Below, one piece after another: positions 26,822 to 35,886 of a stretch of DNA of 42,011 bases. Numbering within the stretch: position 1 is the stretch's first letter; the number at the start of each line of letters is the position of its first letter. The notes beneath the pieces are model-generated. The model saw only the letters and a list, made by a program, of their open reading frames with translations. It was not told the origin of the DNA and made no database searches. Source of the DNA: a virus (taxonomy: Duplodnaviria; Caudoviricetes); the IMG/VR virus record IMGVR_UViG_3300033985_000086, positions 1 through 42,011 of that record. One strand, 5' to 3'. The translations under genes and the position numbers were made by a program.

Positions 26822-28384
26822 TCAGGCCCCTAGGACATCGTAGTCCATACGCGCTGCCTGCGTCCCGTAGGTCAGCACGTCGTAATCTGTTTGGGCCCTG
26901 GACCGCATCGGCTCCTGTGGCTTGACCGGGAAAGCGAAGGTCAGGGCCAGGGCGTCTGCACAGTCCGGTGAACGCAGGCCGCGCTTCTTGATCTCTTCCT
27001 TCTTCTCGAGCACCACACGCTGCTCGGAGTCGTACTTGTAGGACGGCGCGGTCAGGTCGGCCTGCAGCTCGTCCAAATCCGGGATCTCGACGCCGTTGGG
27101 GTCGCGCAGCCAGTCGCGCATGAGGCCCCACATCTCGGCCCGCTTGTTGAAATACTTGTCGGCCTCGAGCACCGTGCGCCGACTGCCGAAATTCACCAGG
27201 GTGATGCGCTTCTCGTAGCCCATCTCGCACAGGCGGTCGTAGATGGCCCCGCCCTCACCGCCACGGTCGATGAAGACCATGTCCACCGGATCGTCCGTGG
27301 CGTCGAGGATGCCCTTGATGCGCCCCACGATATGCATGCTGTTCGAGCTGTTTTCCTTCTTGAGACCCCAGGCCACACGGCCGCGGCGGTGGATGTATAC
27401 CGCCCGGTCCTCACCCTCGCGGGCCGGGTCGACGCCGACGATGTGGGCTCCGATAGGCCTGATATTCTTGTTGCGCCGGGCGGCGGCCACGTCCCGGGGG
27501 GAGATGAAAGACTCCGTGCCCGTGACCTGAAAGGCCTCGGCGGCCGTGGCCGGGTATTCCTGCCTGAAGAGGAGCGGGTCCTTCAGCTCGATGATCTTGT
27601 TGCGGCGCCAGGCCATCTGGCCCAGGTCCAGCCCGTAGGCCTCGGCGTACTCGGCCTCCTCCTCGTCCAGAATGAAGCCAGCAGGAACCGGGGACCTGTA
27701 CTCGTCCTGCCAGTACCAGGGGATGAATATGGCCTCGTACTGCCCCTTGCCCGCCTCGGCGTCCTGCCACATGGGGAAGAACATCGGGTCGTAGCCGTTC
27801 GCGGTACTCTCGAAGATGATCTCCTGGGCCATCTCGGCGGCCTGCAGGACGCCCGTGCGCAGCTCGTCCACGTTGGCCCAGAAGGCCGCCTCAGACCCGT
27901 GGAGCAGGTCGATGGTATCGGAGCGGCCCACGGAGCCAGACCCAGCAGTGCCCAGGCCGTAGGCGCTGTCCAGCTTGTCGAAGATCAGTTCCTTGCGGTT
28001 CGAGTAGCTTGTCGAGGGCTGCACGACCCGGGGCAGGTTCTCGTAAAAGCGTTTGACCTGCTTGAACAAGTTGTCGGTCGCGTCGTCACGGTGGGCTAGG
28101 ATGAAGGTCTTCATGCCTGGATTGAATGTGGTCTTGTGGAAGTATCGCCCGCCGATATAGGTTGAGCAGCCTTGCTGACGGCCCTTAAGGATCAGTGCCC
28201 GTACACGGCCCGTCCTGCGCTTCTGGTCTTCGAGCCGCTGGTGCAAGTACATCTGCGCACGATTCAAGACGAAGGGGATGATCTTCTGGCCCGCGACGGC
28301 CACCTTGGCGCGGATGCGCAGGCAGCGCGAGGCATAGAAGGGGAAGTCGTCCCGAAGGCGCATGAGGATCTGATCAGAGGTCAT
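26822..28384 (-). CDS. terL: terminase large subunit
   Basis: LKGRQQGCST, LHGSEAAFW, ESTANG, GVDPA, RSPDCADALAL; start MTSDQ at 28384. Confidence 0.95.
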   Translation of the reverse strand: MTSDQILMRLRDDFPFYASRCLRIRAKVAVAGQKIIPFVLNRAQMYLHQRLEDQKRRTGRVRALILKGRQQGCSTYIGGRYFHKTTFNPGMKTFILAHRDDATDNLFKQVKRFYENLPRVVQPSTSYSNRKELIFDKLDSAYGLGTAGSGSVGRSDTIDLLHGSEAAFWANVDELRTGVLQAAEMAQEIIFESTANGYDPMFFPMWQDAEAGKGQYEAIFIPWYWQDEYRSPVPAGFILDEEEAEYAEAYGLDLGQMAWRRNKIIELKDPLLFRQEYPATAAEAFQVTGTESFISPRDVAAARRNKNIRPIGAHIVGVDPAREGEDRAVYIHRRGRVAWGLKKENSSNSMHIVGRIKGILDATDDPVDMVFIDRGGEGGAIYDRLCEMGYEKRITLVNFGSRRTVLEADKYFNKRAEMWGLMRDWLRDPNGVEIPDLDELQADLTAPSYKYDSEQRVVLEKKEEIKKRGLRSPDCADALALTFAFPVKPQEPMRSRAQTDYDVLTYGTQAARMDYDVLGA

Positions 28385-28928
28385 CAAAGTCCATCTCCTG
28401 CTTCGGGCCCTCGGCCAGTGCCTTGAGCTGGTCCTCGAAGGCCACGACGGTCTTCTGCTCGATCTTGTCCACCCACATGGACAGGTATTTGCCCAGCTTC
28501 TCCAGGGCGGCGATCTTGTCGTGCAGTTCGATGGTGACCTTGTCGCCGTGCTGGCTCGGGGTACAGACAACTTTCTTGATGGCGGGGCGGACGTGCTCCG
28601 GGATCTCGGAGAGGTCCTTCACGTTGAGGCTGGAACCACTGAAGTCCACCACGTCGGTGATATCCACGAAGGCGATCTTGGCCAGCTCTTGCAGGACCTC
28701 ATCCTCGAGCAGCTCATTGCGGCGCCGCTGGGCTTCCTTCCTGCGGTTGATCTCGTCCACGATCTTCTGGTTCTGGAGGAGCCGCCAGCCCGCGTTGTCG
28801 GTGTCGGAGTAGCCGGCCTCGACAGCTGCGCGACGTGCAGACCGATGCAGCATGTACTGCTCGATGAAGAGCTGCTGCATGGGCGTGAATTCATCTGGCC
28901 TGCGCGGGCCTCTGGTCTGTGCCGACAT
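28374..28928 (-). CDS. terS: terminase small subunit
   Basis: QQLFIEQY..RAAVEAGYS, VLQELAKIAF, LHDKIAALEKLGKYL. Confidence 0.9.
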   Translation of the reverse strand: MSAQTRGPRRPDEFTPMQQLFIEQYMLHRSARRAAVEAGYSDTDNAGWRLLQNQKIVDEINRRKEAQRRRNELLEDEVLQELAKIAFVDITDVVDFSGSSLNVKDLSEIPEHVRPAIKKVVCTPSQHGDKVTIELHDKIAALEKLGKYLSMWVDKIEQKTVVAFEDQLKALAEGPKQEMDFDDL

Positions 28929-29344
28929 TATTTCCTTACCTTCTCGAAAGTTCTCATCCCGCCCAGGCCAAGCATGCCCAGGAGGATAGTGGTCAGTGTC
29001 TCACCACCTGCTTCGGGTAGGTCGAACTCCGGGTGCTGAAGGCGAACAAGCCCTATGATGATCGGGCGAAAAATTGCGGCATAGCCCAGCCCGAACGCGC
29101 AGACCCATCCCGTAAATGGCCGCCAGCCCCCGCGGAAGTTGTCGCCGCTCTGGGCCTCCGCGACGTTGACGGCCGTCTGCTGCCGGGACATCTCCAAGGC
29201 CGCCTCGATCTCCTTGAACTCGCCGGCCTGCTGCAGCTCAAAGAGGCGCAGCTTGGCCTTGTCGGCCTCGGTCTTGTCAGGCCAGATCTTGTCTATGATC
29301 GTAGTACCGAGAGAAACGAGAGATCCAATACCTGTGATGTCCAT
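28928..29344 (-). CDS. holin (3TM-holin family)
   Basis: IIDKIWPD, GGWRPFTGWVC, LLGMLGLGGMRTFEK. Confidence 0.85.
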   Translation of the reverse strand: MDITGIGSLVSLGTTIIDKIWPDKTEADKAKLRLFELQQAGEFKEIEAALEMSRQQTAVNVAEAQSGDNFRGGWRPFTGWVCAFGLGYAAIFRPIIIGLVRLQHPEFDLPEAGGETLTTILLGMLGLGGMRTFEKVRK

Positions 29345-29345
29345 G

Positions 29346-29753
29346 TCAGCCCCTCTTCAGCAGCCCGTTCGTGACACCGCCCAGCCCGTTGTGCGCGTTG
29401 GCCAGCATCATCACGATCCGGTCGAGCTTGTCGTCCTGCCTGCGCATCCATTCGAGCATCTCGCGCTGGTTCTGGGCCACCCGGTCCTGACAGTCCCTTC
29501 GGCAAGAAGTGCAATCGGCCTTGGTAGTCGTCTCGCGGGCAAGGGCTTCCTGGCGTTGGTAGAGGATGTCGAACCTTTCGTCTGTCTTGTCCATGCGCTC
29601 TTCCAGTGCGTCAAAGCGACGATCCAGGGCCTGGATGTTTCTCACGAGGGACCACCTTATGAGGGCGAACACGCCGCATGCTATTCCGGTTGCAAGAGTT
29701 CCTCCCATGCCCGCCAGTTGCCACCATGAAATCGCCAAGGTTATTTGCTCCAC
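29346..29753 (-). CDS. lysis-cassette membrane protein (TM + coiled coil)
   Basis: N-terminal hydrophobic helix then coil; between endolysin and holin. Confidence 0.65.
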   Translation of the reverse strand: MEQITLAISWWQLAGMGGTLATGIACGVFALIRWSLVRNIQALDRRFDALEERMDKTDERFDILYQRQEALARETTTKADCTSCRRDCQDRVAQNQREMLEWMRRQDDKLDRIVMMLANAHNGLGGVTNGLLKRG

Positions 29754-29914
29754 ACATCATCTCCGTCACCTGGGCCGGGGGCTCAAAATCAGTAAGGCCC
29801 ACTCATTTGGGTGGGCCATTAGCACAAGAAATTGGATCAGTGCAACAAGAATTTTTGGCAAATCAGCGGCATACGCTCGTAACTCCTTTGGAAACAAGGC
29901 CAAAAAAGTTGGCG

Positions 29915-30463
29915 TTACAGAATCTCCATCAAGCTGCGCACCCGGTTGATCCAGCCGTCGAGGTACTTGCGTGCCGCCTTGCCCTGCTTGCCGCGCAGCC
30001 CGTAGTCGGCCAGCCGCAGGGCGCAAATAGCGAAAGCCAAGGCGCCGGGGTCTGCCCGCTTGACCGCCTCCCGGGTCTGCGGGCCCAGGATGCCGTCCAC
30101 GACCACATAGCGCGACCGGGCCAGACGGCACAGGGCCTCCTGCAGCAGCTCGATGCCGCCCAGGAGGTCGTCACCCTTGCGGCCTGGGCCCATGTTGACC
30201 ACGGCGTCCACCGTGGCCTCGCGGACCCGCTCGGGCAGCGTGTCCCATATCGGTCGGTACTTCTCGCGGTAGAACTCACTGACCATGGCCTCGAAGGCCG
30301 GCCCAGACGTGACACCCGCGTCAACGTACTTCCAGCCGGCCCACTCAGGGTTGTGAACCCTGGAGATCCCCCAGGCCGTATGCCCGCCCGGGTCGTCGGG
30401 GTCGTTGTGGACCACGCGGCCTTCCCACTTCATGAGCCATGCGAAAAACTCATTCCACTGCAT
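29915..30463 (-). CDS. endolysin, glycoside hydrolase family 108
   Basis: WEG..NDPDDPGGHTAWGIS, VDGILGPQT, GWINRV; start MQWNE 30463. Confidence 0.92.
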   Translation of the reverse strand: MQWNEFFAWLMKWEGRVVHNDPDDPGGHTAWGISRVHNPEWAGWKYVDAGVTSGPAFEAMVSEFYREKYRPIWDTLPERVREATVDAVVNMGPGRKGDDLLGGIELLQEALCRLARSRYVVVDGILGPQTREAVKRADPGALAFAICALRLADYGLRGKQGKAARKYLDGWINRVRSLMEIL

Positions 30464-30947
30464 CGCCACTCTCCTGCAGCACGATGACGGCTGCGGCCGC
30501 GTAGTTGATGACGCCGAGCAGCTCGCGGATCGCACGCTCTTTGCCATTGTCCATCTTGAGCAGGGCAGGGGTTTCGTGGGCCTTCTTCCAAGCCTGATAG
30601 ATCAGGCAGCCCGGGCCGAACCTGCGGCCGCCCTGGCATATGGGCTGCTGGTCGAAGGGCAGGCCGTTCGCATGGCGCTCCTTGCCCTTGCCTCCCTGGG
30701 CCTGCTCCAGGGCCATGGCGTAGATGGCCCGCAGGCTGTCGTAACCATCATCGTCCTTCTTCTTCTCGGCCCACTTCGGAAGCCGCGTCTCGATCTTGGT
30801 CTTGGTCTTTCCATCCGGCTGATCTACAGGGCGCCACAGGTCGCGCACCTCGTCGTCAGCCGCAGTAACATCGTCCTCGGGTTCCTCCACGGCCACAGGC
30901 CGCACAATTTGTTTGATCTTCAAGGGTACTGTTAATTGGACGTCCAT
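30450..30947 (-). CDS. phage hypothetical protein
   Basis: ATG 30947 after AAGGAGGT; EQAQGGKGKERHA..QAWKKAHE..ELLGVINY. Confidence 0.7.
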   Translation of the reverse strand: MDVQLTVPLKIKQIVRPVAVEEPEDDVTAADDEVRDLWRPVDQPDGKTKTKIETRLPKWAEKKKDDDGYDSLRAIYAMALEQAQGGKGKERHANGLPFDQQPICQGGRRFGPGCLIYQAWKKAHETPALLKMDNGKERAIRELLGVINYAAAAVIVLQESGDAVE

Positions 30948-31138
30948 TGTGCACCTCCTTGGAATGTTGTGTGGATCCACTGCACGATGTCGGCCTTGTG
31001 CCAGAACAGGCTTTTGCCTCCGATGCGTACCGGCGGCGGGAGGATGCCGCGAGCGGCCCATCTGCGCACCGTCTGCGTGCTCACACTACACATCGCCGCA
31101 ACGTCCTTGATCCTTAGTAGGGTATCGGCTGCTTCCAT
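30932..31138 (-). CDS. AlpA/excisionase-like HTH protein
   Basis: LLRIKDVAAMCSVSTQTVRRW..LPPPVRIGG..W. Confidence 0.85.
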   Translation of the reverse strand: MEAADTLLRIKDVAAMCSVSTQTVRRWAARGILPPPVRIGGKSLFWHKADIVQWIHTTFQGGAQWTSN

Positions 31139-31174
31139 CTGAGATTACCCCCTCTGCAGATTTGTGTTATGGTG

Positions 31175-31201
31175 CAAGGCCCCGCCCCGTGCGGGGCCTT
31201 G
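31175..31201. other. 11-bp GC stem-loop, possible terminator
   Basis: CAAGGCCCCGC-CCCGT-GCGGGGCCTTG; no clear U tract. Confidence 0.5.
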
Positions 31202-31212
31202 AGGTCTCTTAT

Positions 31213-31509
31213 CTATCCAGCGTATACGTAGGCTGCGCTCCCCCTCGCCGAGGGCACCTCCTTGACCACCCCAGCCTGCACCAGGGTGGTGAGGCGGGTC
31301 GTTAGGCAGTGGTAGTATCTTTGCGCATAAACCTTCGCCTTACCGCGTAGGCTGTGGTGCAGGAATGTTCCGATTGTGTAGCTGTTTCGGTCGTCGAGGT
31401 ATCGGCGCAAGAGCTCTTCGGTCGCGGGAGCCGGGCGGTGACCAGCGGCCTCCAAGGTTTTCAGGGCGCGCTTCCATGCGGTGTTGGCGGTGGTGGTGAT
31501 CGCGTTCAT
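31213..31509 (-). CDS. hypothetical protein (moron-like)
   Basis: ATG 31509 after AGGAG; candidate promoter upstream, hairpin downstream. Confidence 0.65.
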   Translation of the reverse strand: MNAITTTANTAWKRALKTLEAAGHRPAPATEELLRRYLDDRNSYTIGTFLHHSLRGKAKVYAQRYYHCLTTRLTTLVQAGVVKEVPSARGSAAYVYAG

Positions 31510-31570
31510 TTTCCTCTCCTTTTGTTTTGGGTTTTGGGTCTCGGGCCTATCCCTCGCCCTTGTTGATTCC

Positions 31571-31640
31571 TGCTTAACCACCATCGGCGCTGCCGTCAAT
31601 ATCTTTTTTTGCTTTTTTTGCTTTTTTTTCTTTTTTCCTT
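31571..31640 (-). promoter_or_regulatory. candidate sigma70 promoter with A-tract UP element
   Basis: Repeated A tracts, TTGACG, 17 bp, TAAGCA (imperfect -10). Confidence 0.5.
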
Positions 31641-31690
31641 ACCAGGCGGCCCCACCGACGAAAAGCTCAAAGGGGCCGCCCGTTAGCGTG

Positions 31691-31744
31691 CTATCGCGGC
31701 CATTGGGCCGCGTAGGGGTCAATCTCGTTGTAGTAAGCAGTCAT
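31691..31744 (-). pseudogene. 17-aa stub of a phage C5 methyltransferase
   Basis: MTAYYNEIDPYAAQWPR*, resembling the AYYNEIDPxAAQWL start of phage C5 MTases. Confidence 0.6.
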
Positions 31745-31791
31745 CGCTCACCTCCGATGCGCAGGGCGGCGAGCTGGTCGCGGGTGAGCAT
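31741..31791 (-). pseudogene. 16-aa stub paralogous to gene 95..307
   Basis: MLTRDQLAALRIGGER*; 31760-31792 matches 94-126 at 31/33 in inverted orientation. Confidence 0.65.
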
Positions 31792-31792
31792 C

Positions 31793-32038
31793 CTAGAGGT
31801 CTCCCCAGTCAGGAGTGACCACAGGGGCTGCCTTGACCTCACGGCCCGCCCAGATGGGGCTGTGGGGCACCAGACAGCACATCTCTGCCGTGGCGTGGCA
31901 CAGGCCGTCAGGCCAAGCCCGCTTCATCCCGCAGTGCTCGCGGCATTTGAGTTCGATCAGGTCGCGGAGGGTCTGCGCCGTCTCCTGCTCTGCCTTGACC
32001 AGCATTTCCATCTCGTAGCTGTCCATATCGTCCTCCAT
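31793..32038 (-). CDS. hypothetical protein
   Basis: In operon, Cys-containing, 81 aa or shorter. Confidence 0.6.
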   Translation of the reverse strand: MEDDMDSYEMEMLVKAEQETAQTLRDLIELKCREHCGMKRAWPDGLCHATAEMCCLVPHSPIWAGREVKAAPVVTPDWGDL

Positions 32039-32042
32039 CCGG

Positions 32043-32387
32043 TTAAAGGTCCGAAAAGTCCATTTTGCCTTTGCCCAGCATTGCCAGGAAGTCCTCGACG
32101 GGCATCGTGACCAACCAGCCCGTGCCGTTGCGCTTGTGGGCCACGACGGGCGTCTTGCCCCCGCAGTCCAGACGCGCCTGGGCCATGGCGTCCCAGATGT
32201 TCAGCCGCTCGACCCACTTGACCTCGAAATGGATGCCAGGAAGGTCGTGAATGACGTCCGGGGACTCGCCATCAGCCGTGCCAGCGTATTGCTGCCCCCT
32301 GCGTGCTACAATTCCATGTTTTCGTAGCACGTCTACGAATTGCAGCTCGCCGCGCTTGCCCTTCTGCCGAGAATTGATTTTTGCCAT
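32043..32387 (-). CDS. Holliday junction resolvase-like PD-(D/E)XK nuclease
   Basis: NSRQKGKRGE..PDV..HFEVK..WDAMAQA; ATG 32387 after GGAGGTG. Confidence 0.85.
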   Translation of the reverse strand: MAKINSRQKGKRGELQFVDVLRKHGIVARRGQQYAGTADGESPDVIHDLPGIHFEVKWVERLNIWDAMAQARLDCGGKTPVVAHKRNGTGWLVTMPVEDFLAMLGKGKMDFSDL

Positions 32388-32404
32388 TTTCACCTCCAAG
32401 AATA

Positions 32405-33015
32405 TTTAGATGCTTTAAGCACCAATTTCATAAAACAGGATTTCAGGCGGACCGAGACACCGGACAAACCCTATAGGGATTTGTCCGTTTGTCCGCCGGG
32501 GTCTTCGGCGCGGCGGACAAAGCGGATTGTCCGCGTAGTATTTTTATATACTTACAAACTTTAGATGCTTTATTGTTATTCATACCCCCGCTACCATTCT
32601 TCTTTAGTTTCGTAGTATTTTTATATACTTACAAACTTTAGATGCTTTATTGTTATTCATAAAAGGCCCTGCTCAAGAGCGCCATGGCCCCGATCCTTCC
32701 TGCCGCCATCTGCCAGCGCCGCAAGCATCCCCTCGTCGCGCCCGCGCCCTTTCGGGCGACTCCGACGCCCAAAGGTCGGTCGCCCCTGGGGCAGGGGGTC
32801 GCAAGACCCGGAGGCCCCTTTAGGGGTGCGACCTCTGCGACCTTGCGACCCTAGGAACCACGCGGGTTCCCAGCCTTCGTCGCAACGAAGTCCGCTGCGA
32901 CCTCTGCGACCCTCCCCATGAAAACCCGGAAAGCTAGGCGCACCAAGGGGTCGCAAAGTCGCAGACAGGTCATTGCGACCTCTGCGACCTACCCTACAGG
33001 TGGTCATCTGCGACC
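32405..33015. other. putative replication origin
   Basis: Intergenic downstream of primase-helicase; AT-rich duplication, many TGCGACC/GGTCGCA heptamers and CGGACA/TGTCCG hexamers. Confidence 0.65.
32534..32661 (+). repeat. perfect 51-bp AT-rich direct repeat x2
   Basis: CGTAGTATTTTTATATACTTACAAACTTTAGATGCTTTATTGTTATTCATA at 32534-32584 and 32611-32661. Confidence 0.97.
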
Positions 33016-35387
33016 CACTGCGAGGACAGAAAGTGCTCGCCATTTTTTCCCGCTCCTTTGACCCTGACGTATCTGATTTCCGACCGCCCGACGATCTGGG
33101 GGCACTCCTGGTAAATCCGCATGATGTGATTTGCGAGCGTCCTGACCGAGGGCGTCTTGCCTTTTTCGGTCTTCAGTTCGCACCCGTACTTGTCGAAGAG
33201 GAGCTGCGCAGCCTTGTTGATGGTCCACCTTTCCCCGGCGGGGATCTCGACGGCCAGATTGGTGATGATGGCTCTATGCAGCGGGTCCATCGGGCTCTCT
33301 TCGACATAATCGAACTCATGGGGCTTGAGCACGCCGATGCTGTCCGTGTTGGGCAGCTTCACGTCGATGCGCTCGAACCACTTGGTGTCTTCCGCCGGGG
33401 GGCGCAGGTTCGACTTGGCGCCATCCAGGCGGACATAAAATTTCCGCTTGCGGTCATCCAGGCCCAGCTTCTTGGCTTCCTTCTCGGACATGACGGTCAG
33501 GGTGTCTGCAATACGGGCCGCGGAGACCAGGGCGGACGCACCGCGCACCGAGTCCATGTTCCCGGCTATGTCGTTACCCTTCCTGGTGTGGTGGACAGCG
33601 CTGCAGGCGCTGTTCGTGTCCCGGCACATCTCGGCGATGACCCGGGCCAGGGCATCGATGCCGACGTTGTCGTTCTCGCTGACCTTGTGGGTGCGGATGA
33701 GTGGGTCCAGGGACCATATTAGGATGCCGTGGGCGATGATGAACTTCTTGATCGGGTCGACGTGGTCATAGTTGATGCGGACCCTACCTTCCTTGGTCTC
33801 CTGGGCCAGGCAGAATTTCCACTCGGAGCCCGAGACGGCTACGTTGGGGTGCTTCGTGGGCAGGCCGAAGAAGTTGCAGATGGCCCAGAGGCGCCTGTGG
33901 ACCTCGTCCTTGGGATCTTCCGAGTTGATGACCCAGACCTTCCCCGTGGTGTAGAGCTTCTCGCCTGTGAGCTCCACGCCATGCGCCAGGGCCAGCATCT
34001 CGGTCATGACCAGGGTGGACTTGGAGCCGCCGCCCGGGGCGACCGTCAGGGTCGGGTAGCCGCGCAGGTATCGGTTGCCCAGAATCCATTCGCGGGGTGG
34101 CGTCGTGGTGATGTCGATGTCGCAGAGCCAGTCCACGTCGATGGTGAAGCCTTCAGGCTCCGGGTACTCCATGGTCTCGGCCGGGGGGTCTATGCCCGCG
34201 AAGACCTCTTCCGGCGTCATCGCACGAAGATGGAAGACCTGATTCCCACGGGCGAACGTGAAGACATTTGGCTCGCCGTCCGTGTTGATCTGTGCCACTT
34301 TCAGGTTGGTTTTCTGGTGGTCGGGTTCGAGTGGATGGCGCACGAACACTTTGTGGTATTTTTCCTTGTTCGCCAGGACCTCGCGCACGGTCACGACCGA
34401 GTCGTCTTCGGATAGGATCAGCGGGAAGTCCGGTAGAAGAACATGGGTGTCGAGGGCCGTCTGGATCTCTTCGCGCTTTTCTTCCGAAAGGTGCGCCAGA
34501 TAATTCTCCAGCCACTTCTTTCTGATCTCTTTGGCTTGGGGCTTTTTCCGCCCCTTGGCCGCCTGGACCAGACCGTTGTACTCAGCTTCCTCTTCTTCGG
34601 TCAGATCTGGCACGGCCACTCTGGTGTCCACGGCCTCGGAGTCGAAGTCATCATTCAGGACAACAGGCGCGGGTCTTCTCTGGACGATGGGCGGCGTGCA
34701 GTTCGCCCCGCCTGCGAAGTCTAGACGCTCTGGTTGCCACACTGCTGCATCGACAGGGGCTCGTTCGACCAAGCCACCATTTTTGGTGATTCGTATGTAG
34801 CCGTGCCCCGAGAGCCACAGGCGTTTGAAGAGCACCTTACCCGCCCGTGGGATGTCCGAGGCGTCCTTCACGCGGATGTAGATCCTGTAGCCGCCTTCAC
34901 CCTTGAGCTGCTTGTCGCCGTTGTAGAGAAACGAGGAGGCACTATGCCACAGAATGGTCGGCGCGTCCTCGAGACCGGGGCAGGCGTCTATGATGGCCTG
35001 GTAGACCTCTTCTCGGCGCAGTCCGGGCCCGTCTTTGGGTGGGTCGTAGTCAATCAGGAATATCCCCTCACCCCTTGGCCAGGAGAAATTCTCACGGGTG
35101 CGCGTGATGATGGGACGGTCGCCGCCCTTCTCGGAGTCCTGGGACTTCTTGGAGAGGACCCGCGCTTCCTGGTGCTCTGAAACACCATAAGCCAGTGCAT
35201 GGGTCCCGTTCAGGGTTAGGAGGAAATCCGCAAATTCGGACATGTAGGAGAAGGATCTCCGGGCGACATATCCCTTGGTCAGCCGCCCTCCGTCCTCTTT
35301 CTTCAGTTCACCACTCTGATCAAGCCAGAACGCCTTGGCGAGAGGAGACTCGGACTCAAACACCGAGATTTCAAATTGTGGTGCCAT
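32994..35387 (-). CDS. primase-helicase (primase-like N-terminus, RecA-like AAA_25 helicase)
   Basis: FLIDYD, APGGGSKST (Walker A), SLDPL (Walker B), VHHTRKG, RGASAL, KSNL. Confidence 0.85.
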   Translation of the reverse strand: MAPQFEISVFESESPLAKAFWLDQSGELKKEDGGRLTKGYVARRSFSYMSEFADFLLTLNGTHALAYGVSEHQEARVLSKKSQDSEKGGDRPIITRTRENFSWPRGEGIFLIDYDPPKDGPGLRREEVYQAIIDACPGLEDAPTILWHSASSFLYNGDKQLKGEGGYRIYIRVKDASDIPRAGKVLFKRLWLSGHGYIRITKNGGLVERAPVDAAVWQPERLDFAGGANCTPPIVQRRPAPVVLNDDFDSEAVDTRVAVPDLTEEEEAEYNGLVQAAKGRKKPQAKEIRKKWLENYLAHLSEEKREEIQTALDTHVLLPDFPLILSEDDSVVTVREVLANKEKYHKVFVRHPLEPDHQKTNLKVAQINTDGEPNVFTFARGNQVFHLRAMTPEEVFAGIDPPAETMEYPEPEGFTIDVDWLCDIDITTTPPREWILGNRYLRGYPTLTVAPGGGSKSTLVMTEMLALAHGVELTGEKLYTTGKVWVINSEDPKDEVHRRLWAICNFFGLPTKHPNVAVSGSEWKFCLAQETKEGRVRINYDHVDPIKKFIIAHGILIWSLDPLIRTHKVSENDNVGIDALARVIAEMCRDTNSACSAVHHTRKGNDIAGNMDSVRGASALVSAARIADTLTVMSEKEAKKLGLDDRKRKFYVRLDGAKSNLRPPAEDTKWFERIDVKLPNTDSIGVLKPHEFDYVEESPMDPLHRAIITNLAVEIPAGERWTINKAAQLLFDKYGCELKTEKGKTPSVRTLANHIMRIYQECPQIVGRSEIRYVRVKGAGKNGEHFLSSQWVADDHL

Positions 35388-35502
35388 GTATCATCCACTT
35401 GACATATGGGCAGAACGCCCATATGGTTGAGGTGTATTCCGCGGTTGGTTCCAGACCGCATCCTCCTCCACCTAACCCAGGTTCGTGCAGACCTGGGTTT
35501 CT

Positions 35503-35808
35503 TTATTCCCCATTTGGGTCATGGTACACCTGACGTAAGCATCTTTCCCGGAAGGACTTGTTTGTATTCAGGAACAGCGCACGCCAGAACACCGAGAGAA
35601 AATCGGCGACGGCTTTGTTCGCAGCTTGAAGCATGTGCGCGGATTCCCGGTAAATCGTATCCGCATAAAGAGCTGGCAGGATCTCCTTAGCGCAATTCGA
35701 GCAAAGGAATATTTCTATGTCGCCCTTCGACCAAAAACCGGTTGCTTGGCATGAACAGAATGAGCAGTTGATGTCCGTTCTCATTCCATAATTTCTGATA
35801 TTTCCCAC
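35503..35808 (-). CDS. hypothetical Zn-finger protein
   Basis: CSFC..CSNC. Confidence 0.6.
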   Translation of the reverse strand: MGNIRNYGMRTDINCSFCSCQATGFWSKGDIEIFLCSNCAKEILPALYADTIYRESAHMLQAANKAVADFLSVFWRALFLNTNKSFRERCLRQVYHDPNGE

Positions 35809-35886
35809 AACTACCTCGCTTTTCTACTGGTTGCGTAACGGGCAGCGGCTGCAAACGTCGTATGCCTTATTTTGCACATACTTACC

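Noticed and set aside
28385-28570. N-terminal extension of terL, and similar track extensions for thyX, the endonuclease and the endolysin
   Set aside because: They overlap upstream genes; downstream starts fit RBS or stop-start coupling better
29766-29914. Spanin or small membrane gene after the endolysin
   Set aside because: Hydrophobic frame present but no convincing start, RBS or lipobox
32534-32661. 51-bp repeat pair as a second CRISPR or att site
   Set aside because: Too long, non-palindromic, two copies 26 bp apart, located amid iterons; no integrase in window
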